33,253 bases of DNA from Bdellovibrio sp. (GCA_046318155.1 JBKCUU010000057.1:1-33253); one strand, 5' to 3'; shown: positions 1-8,993, counted from the first letter of the stretch. Notes: generated by a model from the sequence alone, not told the origin. Numbers and translations are program-made.

Positions 1-113
1 CCGGGAATTCCGCCCCCCCCCCGGGGCTTTTCTAAAGCCCGCTGCTCCCCGTCGAGCAGCGGCGCCTTTGCCTGAAGGGATCTTTTGTTTTAATCAACCA
101 AGCTGAACAGATA

Positions 114-941
114 TTAACCGACGAGTTTCAATGCCATGCCAGGGAAAGTGTTCGCCTGAGCCAGCACCGAAACCGCCGCTTGCTGAAGAACTTGGGCAGA
201 AGCCATCTCAGCAGACTCTTTTGCCACGTCGGTATCGCGGATACGTGAATTAGCCGCCGACAAGTTTTCATACTGGATATCTAAGTTCGATGTCGTTGCA
301 TTCAATCGACTTTGCACAGCACCGAAGTTGGCGCGAAGTTTACCGATTTTTTCAAGAGCATTGTCGACCGATACTAAACTCTCTCGAGCCGACGCCTTGT
401 CTTGCATACTGATTCCTTCTAGACCTAATTCACCTGATGTTGCGTTGGCATCGAGAGAATAAGAGATCGTGTTTTCCTCACCGGCAAATGGGCCGATGTG
501 AAAGGTCATCTCTCTGCCCGATCCGTCAAGAAGGTTCCTGTCACCAAACCGAGTTGTTTTGGCAATACGGTCGGCCTCCGCAATCAACTGATTGGTTTCT
601 TCTTGTAAAAAGCCGCGTTCTTTGTCGCCGATGGTATCAGATGCGCCCTGAATGCCCAACTCTCGCAAACGGATCGCGATGTTGGTAATTTCGTTCAGTC
701 CACCTTCAGAAATCTGAATGGATGATACCGCGCTGAAAGCATTGTTTCGAGCCATGGCCACCCCTCGGATTTGACTGCGCAAAGACTCAGAGATCGCAAG
801 TCCGGCGGCATCATCTGCGGCACTCACGATACGTGATCCCGAGGCCAAGGCTTGTGTCGCATGGTTCATGCGGCTTTGCTGTTTACCCAGCACTCGCTGG
901 GCAGAAATCGAAGGCAGATTCGTTTGTATTCTTAAGCCCAT
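114..941 (-). CDS. fliC: Flagellin (short, 275 aa, little hypervariable domain)
   Basis: N-term MGLRIQTN..ASGSRIVSAADDAAGLAISE and C-term RANFGAVQSRL..SRIRDTDVAKE..LAQAN; start moved to ATG 941 with SD GGGAGG. Confidence 0.95.
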   Translation of the reverse strand: MGLRIQTNLPSISAQRVLGKQQSRMNHATQALASGSRIVSAADDAAGLAISESLRSQIRGVAMARNNAFSAVSSIQISEGGLNEITNIAIRLRELGIQGASDTIGDKERGFLQEETNQLIAEADRIAKTTRFGDRNLLDGSGREMTFHIGPFAGEENTISYSLDANATSGELGLEGISMQDKASARESLVSVDNALEKIGKLRANFGAVQSRLNATTSNLDIQYENLSAANSRIRDTDVAKESAEMASAQVLQQAAVSVLAQANTFPGMALKLVG

Positions 942-1147
942 AAAACAGTCCTCCCAACAGACTTGCGCAATCAGAGTTGCGACTAATGACCTTTGTTTAA
1001 TTGGAGGCCCTGCAAGCCTTGTGGTGACAGACACTCGGCTTGCAGGATTCTTCGAGGAGGACTTTCAGAAATTCTCGTTTGCTTGACTGCGCCGAGGTTT
1101 CTTTGGGTCGATCTCTTTGTCTCCAACGTGTTTAACTACCAACCCAC

Positions 1148-1174
1148 TTCTCGGCCTTGGTCTGGGAACCTTGA
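1148..1174 (-). promoter_or_regulatory. Sigma28/FliA-type promoter of the flagellin at 114-941
   Basis: Minus strand TCAA-N15-GCCGAGAA vs consensus TAAA-N15-GCCGATAA. Confidence 0.75.
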
Positions 1175-1327
1175 GGACCTTGGTCTAGTCTAGTTTATAA
1201 CGCGACGCATCTTGTATTTGATATTGCAACAGAAAGAGCAAAGTAATTTTTTTTAGACCAAGGTCTAGTTTGACTCAAGCTGAGTCAAAAAAAGGAGAGC
1301 CCGTTGCCAGCCCTAGAAGGGTGCTCC

Positions 1328-1366
1328 AAAAAGGGAAAACCCGATCTCTTTTGAGAGGAGTCGGGT
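1328..1366 (-). terminator. Probable intrinsic terminator after the flagellin at 1423-2250
   Basis: Hairpin ACCCGA..TCTCT-TTTG-AGAGG..TCGGGT followed on the minus strand by TTTTCCCTTTTT. Confidence 0.5.
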
Positions 1367-1422
1367 CTTGTCTTGTTCTTTTTGAGCTTTGGCGGGGTCA
1401 ACAGGAGCCTGAAGAGCTGTGG

Positions 1423-2250
1423 TTAGGCCAGGAGTTTCAAAACATTCAGGGGGAACTGGTTCGCCTGCGCAAGAACCGCCACTTGGTATTGCTGAAGCGC
1501 TTGCTTCTTGAACATCTCACTCGTCGCCTCGGCAAAGTCGGTGTCTGCGATGCGCGAGTGCGCCGCCTGCAAATTTTCGTGTTGAACGGCGGCGTTGCTG
1601 ACGACGCTCTCGAGCCTTGATTGAATGGCGCCAAAATTAGCTCTTGCTTTAGCAAGAGTCGTGAGTGCCGAATCAAGCGACTCTAATGAATCGAGCGCCT
1701 CACTTCGGTCATCAACCGATAGGCTCGACACTCCGAGACCACTCGCGGTGGTATTGGTGTTCGACTCATACTTAATCACATTCTCTTCGCCTTTATAGGC
1801 GCCGACCTGAAATTCAAAACTCTTGCTGTCGCCCGAGAGCAATTTGTGAGAGCCAAACTGCGTGGTTTGCGCAATCCGATCGACTTCGCTTCGAAGTTGC
1901 TTAAACTCCATATCCAGCAACTCCCGCTCTTGATCGTCAAAAGTGTCGCTCGCTCCCTGCACAGACAGCTCGCGCATTCGAATCAGAATATTGTTTTGTT
2001 CGTTCAGCCCGCCCTCGGCGATTTGCACAAAAGAAATCGCGTTGTCTGCATTCATCTGCGCCGCGCGTGTCCCTTTTATTTGCCCCCGCAACCGTTCAGC
2101 AATGGCAAAGTCACCGGCGCCAACCGTCGGGTCAGAAAATCGACTGCCAGAAGCCAATTGCTTCAGGTTACTTTCAACTTTTCGTTGCGATTGGACCAAT
2201 TGCCGTTGCGCCGCAATCGACGCGAGGTTGGTATTAATTCGTAGTCCCAC
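1423..2250 (-). CDS. fliC: Flagellin (short, 275 aa), paralogue
   Basis: MGLRINTN..QIAEGGLNE..RMRELSVQ..RANFGAIQSRL..SRIADTDFAE..LAQANQ; GTG start, SD AAGGAGG. Confidence 0.95.
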   Translation of the reverse strand: MGLRINTNLASIAAQRQLVQSQRKVESNLKQLASGSRFSDPTVGAGDFAIAERLRGQIKGTRAAQMNADNAISFVQIAEGGLNEQNNILIRMRELSVQGASDTFDDQERELLDMEFKQLRSEVDRIAQTTQFGSHKLLSGDSKSFEFQVGAYKGEENVIKYESNTNTTASGLGVSSLSVDDRSEALDSLESLDSALTTLAKARANFGAIQSRLESVVSNAAVQHENLQAAHSRIADTDFAEATSEMFKKQALQQYQVAVLAQANQFPLNVLKLLA

Positions 2251-2388
2251 GTGAAAAACCTCCTTGATAAGGAGGAGTCAAAACACCTTGTTTCCGGGCC
2301 TGGACCTTAGGCTGTCACACCCAAGTCCTTGAGTCCCGTTCGCCCACAGATTCGACCCTTAAAGAACCTTCTAACGCAGTCTTCATAC

Positions 2389-2415
2389 TATTCGGCGCAG
2401 CGCGTCAAGACTTTA
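2389..2415 (-). promoter_or_regulatory. Sigma28/FliA-type promoter of the flagellin at 1423-2250
   Basis: Minus strand TAAA-N15-GCCGAATA. Confidence 0.8.
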
Positions 2416-2520
2416 GGATTATTTAGGTTTTTAGGAATTACCAGGTGCAAGTTCGAGCAAAGATTGGGGTTTCTCAAATTGAGACCGAGGCCTCGCCTTT
2501 GGCCCTGATGAGGACACGCC

Positions 2521-3153
2521 CTAAACAAGTCTTCCATTTTCGATTTTCTGAACTCTCTGGGCAAGGGCTTTGAGATCACGGTCATCGTGCGTGACCAAAA
2601 GTGCCGGAATTTTTTCTTCAAGCAAAACTTCTCGAACCAGTTCGCGGGCTTCAGCTCGCAAGTTTTCATCCAAGGCCGAGAAGGGTTCGTCTAAAAGCAA
2701 AAACCGGGGCCGGCTCATCAAGGCCCGCGCCAGAGCCACCCGCTGCTTCTCCCCGCCTGAGAGCAACTGCGCCTTGCGGGTCAAGCAACTCTTCAGACCC
2801 AACCGCTCGGATAGCCGCGAAAGCTGCGCTTTGGTATCAGCCTTGCTCAAGCTTTTGGCTTCGGCCGCGAAGAGAATATTTTCTTGAGCGGTCAAATGCG
2901 GAAATAATTCGTAGTTTTGAAAGACGACGCCCAGATTTTTCTTGGCGACCGGGAGCTTGGCCAAGTCTTGATCCTTGAATATCCAACTAAGCCTGGAGCA
3001 CTCTTCTAGACCCAGCAGAACTCGAAACACCGAGGTTTTGCCCGAGCCACTCGGCCCCCACAGAGCCGTTACTCCAGAATCCAAAATCTCCCAGCGCGGA
3101 ATCTCGAGCTTGAAACTTCCGTAATCACGGATCAGATCCTTAACGACCGACAT
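2521..3153 (-). CDS. thiQ: ABC transporter ATP-binding subunit (ThiQ-like)
   Basis: Walker A GPSGSGKT, LSGGEKQRVA signature, LLLDEP Walker B; operon with thiP/thiB; start at ATG 3153. Confidence 0.8.
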   Translation of the reverse strand: MSVVKDLIRDYGSFKLEIPRWEILDSGVTALWGPSGSGKTSVFRVLLGLEECSRLSWIFKDQDLAKLPVAKKNLGVVFQNYELFPHLTAQENILFAAEAKSLSKADTKAQLSRLSERLGLKSCLTRKAQLLSGGEKQRVALARALMSRPRFLLLDEPFSALDENLRAEARELVREVLLEEKIPALLVTHDDRDLKALAQRVQKIENGRLV

Positions 3154-4558
3154 CTCCCAGCCTCCAAAAAAAAGTAAACAACAGTCCGCCCGAGAACAAA
3201 ATGAGAAAGCCAACGCCCAAGCCCGCCTCGATCCGGTAGCTCGACATCAAAGATTCAGAGAGCAGAGCCCAATTCAAATTTTGCGAGAGCAGCACTCGGC
3301 CCATTGCAAACTCACCAAACGCCCATAGACTCGAAATACCCGCAAGCACGCAGGCTACCTGCCAAATTTGGGGCCTGATCACCCGCCGCCAAATCAAAAA
3401 ATCACTGGCCCCTAAAGTTTGGGCCGTCAAAATTTGCCCTTCAATTGACTCTAGCTTTCGATCAAGACCCAAGCGAAACAGGGGCAAGAAAAATAAAAAG
3501 GCCAAGACAACCGCGTATGTGATCAGGGGATACTGATCGCCGATGCCGAGAAAAGCAAAACCCAGCAGCACCGTGCTAGGCGCAAGCCATGCTCTTGCGA
3601 TGCGCGTGATGTGGTTGCGCGGAAATCCGAGCGAGAACAATAAAAACAGCACTAAACATAAAAGGCCAGTCGCCAAAGAAATCAAAACACTTGGCACCAT
3701 CAACTCCAGCAACTGCTCCCAAAGACCGTCGATTTGATCAATGGCAAGATAGGCTTCTGGCAAATTTCGAACAAGTGGAAACCAAAAAAGCAAAACATAA
3801 AGCGCGCAGCCGGCCAGCCCCCAGCGACTTTTGAGCACGTGCAAGCGTTCGGCCCGGTGGGCCTCAAGTCGCACCTGACTTCTAGGCAAAAAGAGAAACA
3901 GCGCCATAATGGCGAGTTGGATCAAGCCAAGCCCGAGAGCCTCGCCCATTTGACTCGAGACTCTGATTTTTTCATAAATGAGAACTTCTATGTTTGTCGC
4001 GCGTCCGCCTCCGATCACAAGAGGGATCGAAAAGTTGGCAAAGCAAAATGAAAAAATCGCGACGCCGACCGAGACAAGATCTAAAAAAACGAGACGAAGC
4101 GACCTTCGAAAAAACAAGAACCGCGAAGATCCCAACACAAGTGCTGCTTCAGAAAGACCCTGCAACTTTGTTTCAAAAATCCGCGCGAGCAGCACGGCGG
4201 CGAGCCCCGCATTCAAAAAACCTTGGACAAGAACAACGCCGATCAATCCCACCGGAAACGGATCAACCCAAGTTAAAAAAGACAAAAGAACAAATAAAGG
4301 CGGAAGCAAAGATGGCAGCAGCAAGAGCCAAGACAGCAAACCCTTGAACCGCTCTTGGACCTGCCAAAGCCCGAGCATCAATGGGATTGCCGCAAACAGC
4401 GCAACGATCGAAGAGCCCAGTCCCTGAAGAAGTGAATTTTTAAGTGCCCATAAAAGTTCAGAGCCCTCGGGCAAACTGAAACTTGCAATTTGGCGGGTCA
4501 GCAAAAGATAGGGAAGGGCCAGCAGCAGTAAGGCGAGGAACAAAATTCCCCTGCTCAT
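3140..4558 (-). CDS. thiP: ABC transporter permease, two-module (ThiP-like)
   Basis: Multi-TM with two EAA-like loops (EAALVLGSS, TAQTLGAS). Confidence 0.8.
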   Translation of the reverse strand: MSRGILFLALLLLALPYLLLTRQIASFSLPEGSELLWALKNSLLQGLGSSIVALFAAIPLMLGLWQVQERFKGLLSWLLLLPSLLPPLFVLLSFLTWVDPFPVGLIGVVLVQGFLNAGLAAVLLARIFETKLQGLSEAALVLGSSRFLFFRRSLRLVFLDLVSVGVAIFSFCFANFSIPLVIGGGRATNIEVLIYEKIRVSSQMGEALGLGLIQLAIMALFLFLPRSQVRLEAHRAERLHVLKSRWGLAGCALYVLLFWFPLVRNLPEAYLAIDQIDGLWEQLLELMVPSVLISLATGLLCLVLFLLFSLGFPRNHITRIARAWLAPSTVLLGFAFLGIGDQYPLITYAVVLAFLFFLPLFRLGLDRKLESIEGQILTAQTLGASDFLIWRRVIRPQIWQVACVLAGISSLWAFGEFAMGRVLLSQNLNWALLSESLMSSYRIEAGLGVGFLILFSGGLLFTFFWRLGDVGR

Positions 4559-4561
4559 CTC

Positions 4562-5593
4562 TTACTCCATCCGGCGCAGAGCCGACCACTTTCGCAGCAA
4601 GCGCTCGCGCTCCGCCTGCGATGGAACAATCTCATAGGGGCGAAGCTTGTACGGAGGGATCTCACCAAAAATCGTTCCGTCTTTGACGGCCTTAATGACG
4701 GGGAACATGTAGTTCTTCTCCATCACGACTTTTTGGCCTTCTTTAGAAAGAACCAACTCGGCAAACTTTTGGGCCAAATCACATTGTTGGCAATTGGCAG
4801 GGATCCCCATAAATTCAAATTGCAGGGGATGGCCTTCGTTCAGTTCAACGGCCACAACATCCAGATTTTTTTCTTCAACTTTATGGTAGACCGGCGATGT
4901 TGTGTAACTAAACACCGTCATCGCTTGCGCTTTGGTGAAGAGCCCGTAAGCCATTGACCAACTTGTCGAATACGCTTTCACCTGCGCGTTGAATCTTTTG
5001 AGATACTCCCAAGCTCCCTCTTCACCGCGAATATCGATTAACCAAAGCAAAAACTGCAAACCAGGCGATGAGGTTCGCGGATCCTGCATTGATATCTGCC
5101 CTTTCCATTCAGGCTTCAAAAAATCGTCTAAGTTTTTTGGAAACTGCGCGAGCTCTGATTTGCGAAAAACAAAACTCATCACGCCGAAATCGTAAGGCAC
5201 AAATTCAGGCTGCGCCAAAGCGGGCTTGGCCTCGTCTTCAAAATCAAGCCCTTGAACAGAGATGGGCTTCCAGTTAATCCCGGCCGTTGCCATCTCGAGG
5301 TCAAATTGATCAAAACCCAATACGATATCGGCGCCAACGCGCGCCTCGGACTTCAAACGCTGCATCAAAATAGTCGAGTCAGCACCATCAAAAAATTCGA
5401 CTCGGCAATGGCACGTTTGCTCAAACTGAGTCCGCAGCCAAGGACCGGGACCCCACTGGGCAATAAACGAAGACGACGCAAAGACGCGCAAGACAGGTTT
5501 TGTTTCTTTCGAAGGGTCGCGGCTATTTTTTACAAAAAGGGCCAAAAACAAAACCGCAAAAATGACCACCAAGAACGAGAGGAAATGTTTCAT
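4562..5593 (-). CDS. thiB: Thiamine ABC transporter substrate-binding protein
   Basis: WGPGP, DPRTSSPG, SYTTSP motifs typical of TbpA/ThiB; N-terminal anchor; start ATG 5593. Confidence 0.88.
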   Translation of the reverse strand: MKHFLSFLVVIFAVLFLALFVKNSRDPSKETKPVLRVFASSSFIAQWGPGPWLRTQFEQTCHCRVEFFDGADSTILMQRLKSEARVGADIVLGFDQFDLEMATAGINWKPISVQGLDFEDEAKPALAQPEFVPYDFGVMSFVFRKSELAQFPKNLDDFLKPEWKGQISMQDPRTSSPGLQFLLWLIDIRGEEGAWEYLKRFNAQVKAYSTSWSMAYGLFTKAQAMTVFSYTTSPVYHKVEEKNLDVVAVELNEGHPLQFEFMGIPANCQQCDLAQKFAELVLSKEGQKVVMEKNYMFPVIKAVKDGTIFGEIPPYKLRPYEIVPSQAERERLLRKWSALRRME

Positions 5594-5594
5594 G

Positions 5595-6077
5595 TTACCA
5601 CCAGATCCCGCGGCGGCGTTTGAAGAAGTAGTAATCAAATCCCAGACAGCGGCCCGCACCGATCCAAGCTAGTAACAAATGGGTCGCCATCAATAAGCGC
5701 GCAAGCTCATCATTTCCTGGTCCCGCCAACACCAATTGATTGAGCGCCATCAGCGCCGCCAAAATCGCGATCGGACGAACAACGTAACCAAGTAAATAAG
5801 AGATCGCGATGGCGAACTCGAGCCCCACGACGACAAACGCAAAAGTTTGCCAGTGCGGAATAAAAACCGAATCGATCACATTTTTATACCAGAGAGGAGC
5901 TTGCAGAGCGGGAAGGATCTCGGCAATTTCACCCGCTAAGCGAGGCCGAATGAGATAATCTGAATTAAATTTAAGCAGGGCTGCTTGCAAATACGTGTAA
6001 CCCAAAAAAACACGCAAGAACGACAAAGGAACTAAATGACCGACGTATTTAACGCTCTCAAAAAACGCTGCAAACAT
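5595..6077 (-). CDS. DoxX-family membrane protein
   Basis: LRVFLGY, GLEFAIAISYLLG, GAGRCLGFD motifs. Confidence 0.75.
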   Translation of the reverse strand: MFAAFFESVKYVGHLVPLSFLRVFLGYTYLQAALLKFNSDYLIRPRLAGEIAEILPALQAPLWYKNVIDSVFIPHWQTFAFVVVGLEFAIAISYLLGYVVRPIAILAALMALNQLVLAGPGNDELARLLMATHLLLAWIGAGRCLGFDYYFFKRRRGIWW

Positions 6078-6083
6078 AATGGC

Positions 6084-6824
6084 TCATTTGACCCCACGGC
6101 GTGGACACAGGTCAAACAAGAAGCAGTGATCGCACTGTGGGTTACGAGCTTTGCAAACTTGGCGCCCATGAAAGATCAGCAGGTGAGAAATCAAAATCCA
6201 ATCCTCATGTCGAATTTGTGGCTGCAAATCACGCTCGATAATGACGGGGTTTTCAGACTTGGTCCAACCAAACCTGAAGGAGAGTCGTCCTACATGCGTG
6301 TCGACGACGATTCCGCTGGTCATACCAAACGCATTTCCAAGAACGACGTTCGCTGTTTTTCGTCCGACGCCAGCCAGCTCGATAAGGGCCTCAAGTTCGC
6401 GGGGAACTTCGCCCCCATAGCCCTCGACCAAGGCCTGGGAGCAGGCCTTGAGATTCCGGGCTTTGTTTTGATAAAACCCCGCCGAACGCACCAGCTCTTC
6501 AAGGTGCGAAATCTCGGCCTGGGCCATGGCCGAGGAAGTGGGATACGCTTTGAAGAGGCCCTTCGTGACCATATTGACCCGCTCATCTGTACATTGCGCC
6601 GATAAAATCGTGGCAATCAGCAGCTGAAAAGGGCTGTCATGGTCCAAGGCACAGTGGGCATCAGGGTAATGTTTTTTTAAGAGCTGGACGGTCTCCGTGA
6701 CGGAGGCCGCCTTAAAGGGCTTACTCTTTGTTGCCGAAGTCGCCGATGGCTTCGACGGGACAGCCTTCCATCGCTTCTTTGCAGGCGGCCTCTTCTTCAG
6801 GAGTTGCGGGCTGTTTCGAGACAT
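6084..6824 (-). CDS. nth: Endonuclease III (start uncertain)
   Basis: LLIATILSAQCTD, HhH LAGVGRKTANVV, VDTHV, C-terminal CKARNPQCDHCFLFDLC Fe-S motif. Confidence 0.93.
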   Translation of the reverse strand: MSRNSPQLLKKRPPAKKRWKAVPSKPSATSATKSKPFKAASVTETVQLLKKHYPDAHCALDHDSPFQLLIATILSAQCTDERVNMVTKGLFKAYPTSSAMAQAEISHLEELVRSAGFYQNKARNLKACSQALVEGYGGEVPRELEALIELAGVGRKTANVVLGNAFGMTSGIVVDTHVGRLSFRFGWTKSENPVIIERDLQPQIRHEDWILISHLLIFHGRQVCKARNPQCDHCFLFDLCPRRGVK

Positions 6825-6960
6825 AGGCGTGACCTTCGTCCTCATCCATTTTGAAATTATCGGGAGCAGCCAAAACGCAGGCATCACAGGCGATACAAGA
6901 CTGGTCGACAAACATTTTGCCGGTCTGGTTTTGTTTCCATTTTTGTGAAAGATCCGCCAT
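6721..6960 (-). CDS. Single-cluster ferredoxin
   Basis: CIACDAC...CPVEAI motif; SD GGAG. Confidence 0.9.
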   Translation of the reverse strand: MADLSQKWKQNQTGKMFVDQSCIACDACVLAAPDNFKMDEDEGHAYVSKQPATPEEEAACKEAMEGCPVEAIGDFGNKE

Positions 6961-7056
6961 GGTTTCTCCGCTTGAGCCTAGCCCCTTGGTCGTGATTTTT
7001 TATGATGCTTTGGGTCTCCTGTCAAATAGAGATAAAATAAAGAGACGGAGGTGACC

Positions 7057-8151
7057 ATGGAAGGTCCCAGAGCACCACGGGAAGCGGAGCTCCCCGAATT
7101 GCTGAAATTTTTGGATAATGCCTTACGCCCTGACCACAAGTGGTCCTTGCTGAATGAGTACCCCACGGCCTTCGGCAAACAGAACATCAATAACATCAGA
7201 ATCATCACCGAAAATGACCGAGTTCTCTCTCACGCGGTCATGAAGCCACTGATTATCAAAACGCCCCTGATGATTTACAAGGCGGCTGCGATTGGGAGCG
7301 TTGTCACCGACAGCGAGCACCGTGGCCAAGGACTTTCGAGCCAAATTTTGGACGCCTGCCTTGCCGAAGCCCAGAGCCAAGACTGCGACTTTGCGATTCT
7401 GTGGACCAACTTGTATGACTTTTACCGCAAAGTTGGTTTTGAACTCGCCGGCTTCGAAGAGAGCGTCGTTTTTGAAAAAGAGTTTGCAGTCCCCCACCAT
7501 GAACTGACTTTTAAAAACGGTTCGCAAGTCGACTCGGCGGCGATTTTAAGACTCTACGCTCAGCACTCCGTCGGGACGGCTCGCAACGCCGAAGAGGTGC
7601 GAAAGTATCTGCAAATACCTAAAAGTATTGTGCATACGGCTTGGGACAAAAAGGGCACGCTGGTTGCCTACGGTGTCGAAGGCAAAGGTGCAGATTTAAC
7701 TGACTATGTTCATGAATGGGGCGGTTCTGTTCAAGCCTTGATTGCCATGATGTCGCACCTACGAAGGGCCAAAGCGCGACCCTTCACGATGATTTTACCC
7801 AATCATTCAGTGAACTTGCTTTCACAATTACAAAGACTCCCCGTGACGATCAACCAAGGCTACCTGGGAATGATCAAAATTTTAAAACCTGATGTGTTCT
7901 TCACTAAAATCCAGAAAGCAGCACGCACCTTGGGGATCTCGGACTTAACTCTCGAGCGCGGCGAAGGCGAATTCAAAAATGGCTTTCGAGTGGGGTTCGG
8001 TGGCGACGTTCGCACACTCCCCACTGAGCGCAATCTTGTTCGCTTTGTATTTGGACCCAGTGAAGACTTGGGCTTTCTTCCGAGCGCGGCCCAAAAATCA
8101 AGTCGACTCTTTCCTTTGCCACTGTGGTTTTGGGGCTGGGACTCCATATGA
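7057..8151 (+). CDS. GNAT acetyltransferase (Eis-like architecture)
   Basis: IGSVVTDSEHRGQGLS acetyl-CoA motif, FYRKVGF. Confidence 0.8.
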   Translation: MEGPRAPREAELPELLKFLDNALRPDHKWSLLNEYPTAFGKQNINNIRIITENDRVLSHAVMKPLIIKTPLMIYKAAAIGSVVTDSEHRGQGLSSQILDACLAEAQSQDCDFAILWTNLYDFYRKVGFELAGFEESVVFEKEFAVPHHELTFKNGSQVDSAAILRLYAQHSVGTARNAEEVRKYLQIPKSIVHTAWDKKGTLVAYGVEGKGADLTDYVHEWGGSVQALIAMMSHLRRAKARPFTMILPNHSVNLLSQLQRLPVTINQGYLGMIKILKPDVFFTKIQKAARTLGISDLTLERGEGEFKNGFRVGFGGDVRTLPTERNLVRFVFGPSEDLGFLPSAAQKSSRLFPLPLWFWGWDSI

Positions 8152-8993
8152 ACAAAAATCGCAATTGGCTCTTTTTTCTAGGGATTACTATCGAAGCTCT
8201 TATCTTTGTTTTAATTTTTACGGGCTGCATGAAAGAACCCGACTTCAAGCAAGACTTCGGCGACGAAGTGGCCGCCCAAGAAATCGATCAGATTTTAAAT
8301 GGAATTTATGATTCGACCGCAAGCCCCTATGACATTAAAAAAGGCGAGTTCTCTTACCTGGAGCGCACGCAAGTGATTGAATCGTTTCCGCCCATTTTAA
8401 TTTTACAAAAAGCCGACACGGTCACAAATCGTGTCGATACCCCAACCGAGATTGTTTTTACAATCGTCAGTGAGATTCGCGAACTGACTGAGGGACAAAT
8501 GAAACCCTCGCGTGAAGAACGCGAAGTACCATTGAAAAAACCAACAACCCCCTCGCCTTTGGCGGCGGGCGAAACTGCGGCTGAAGGCCCACCAGGTGGT
8601 GCGGTGAATGAAAAGCAACTCCTCAGCTGGAAATCAATCCGTCAGCAAGACGTGCAAACCAAAGCGCGCGTGACTTATCACCGTCTCACAAAAAAAGACG
8701 ACTTCATTCAGGTCCCGCCACTTGTTCAAACTCACCCCAATTGCGGCGGCTTAGGAACTCGCGATTGCTTTGCCCCCTTGCCCGTTTCGATTTTGCGATT
8801 TGACCGTGTGGATTGGGAAGGTGAAACCGGTAGCAAAACGTCGTACCTGTTTGTCTTCAGTCCCAAAGTTCCCTATTTTGCTTCACAACTCTTGGGCTGC
8901 GCCGAAACGACGGTACCTTACGAGGGACAGCGCGTGAAGCTGCGCCAATGCGACGAGGTGAAAGACTTTGTTTTTGGGAGTGACACTTTTTAA
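8148..8993 (+). CDS. Hypothetical lipoprotein
   Basis: Hydrophobic signal ending IFTG-C lipobox; ATGA overlap with upstream gene. Confidence 0.65.
   Translation: MNKNRNWLFFLGITIEALIFVLIFTGCMKEPDFKQDFGDEVAAQEIDQILNGIYDSTASPYDIKKGEFSYLERTQVIESFPPILILQKADTVTNRVDTPTEIVFTIVSEIRELTEGQMKPSREEREVPLKKPTTPSPLAAGETAAEGPPGGAVNEKQLLSWKSIRQQDVQTKARVTYHRLTKKDDFIQVPPLVQTHPNCGGLGTRDCFAPLPVSILRFDRVDWEGETGSKTSYLFVFSPKVPYFASQLLGCAETTVPYEGQRVKLRQCDEVKDFVFGSDTF

Noticed and set aside
1..62. Poly-C run and GC hairpins after the flagellin
   Set aside because: At the window edge; may be a terminator or an assembly artefact, and cannot be interpreted
968..977. CAATCAGAGT shared between the fliC leader and R1a
   Set aside because: A single 10-mer match with no flanking similarity is expected by chance in 33 kb
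1085..2381. Hin-like invertible segment for flagellar phase variation
   Set aside because: The repeats contain several indels and strand-specific G-U-type mismatches, have no hix-like dyad and no invertase is nearby; RNA pairing fits better
5593..7050. TPP riboswitch ahead of thiBPQ
   Set aside because: No intergenic room before thiB and no CUGAGA/AUACCUG-type motif seen upstream of the operon
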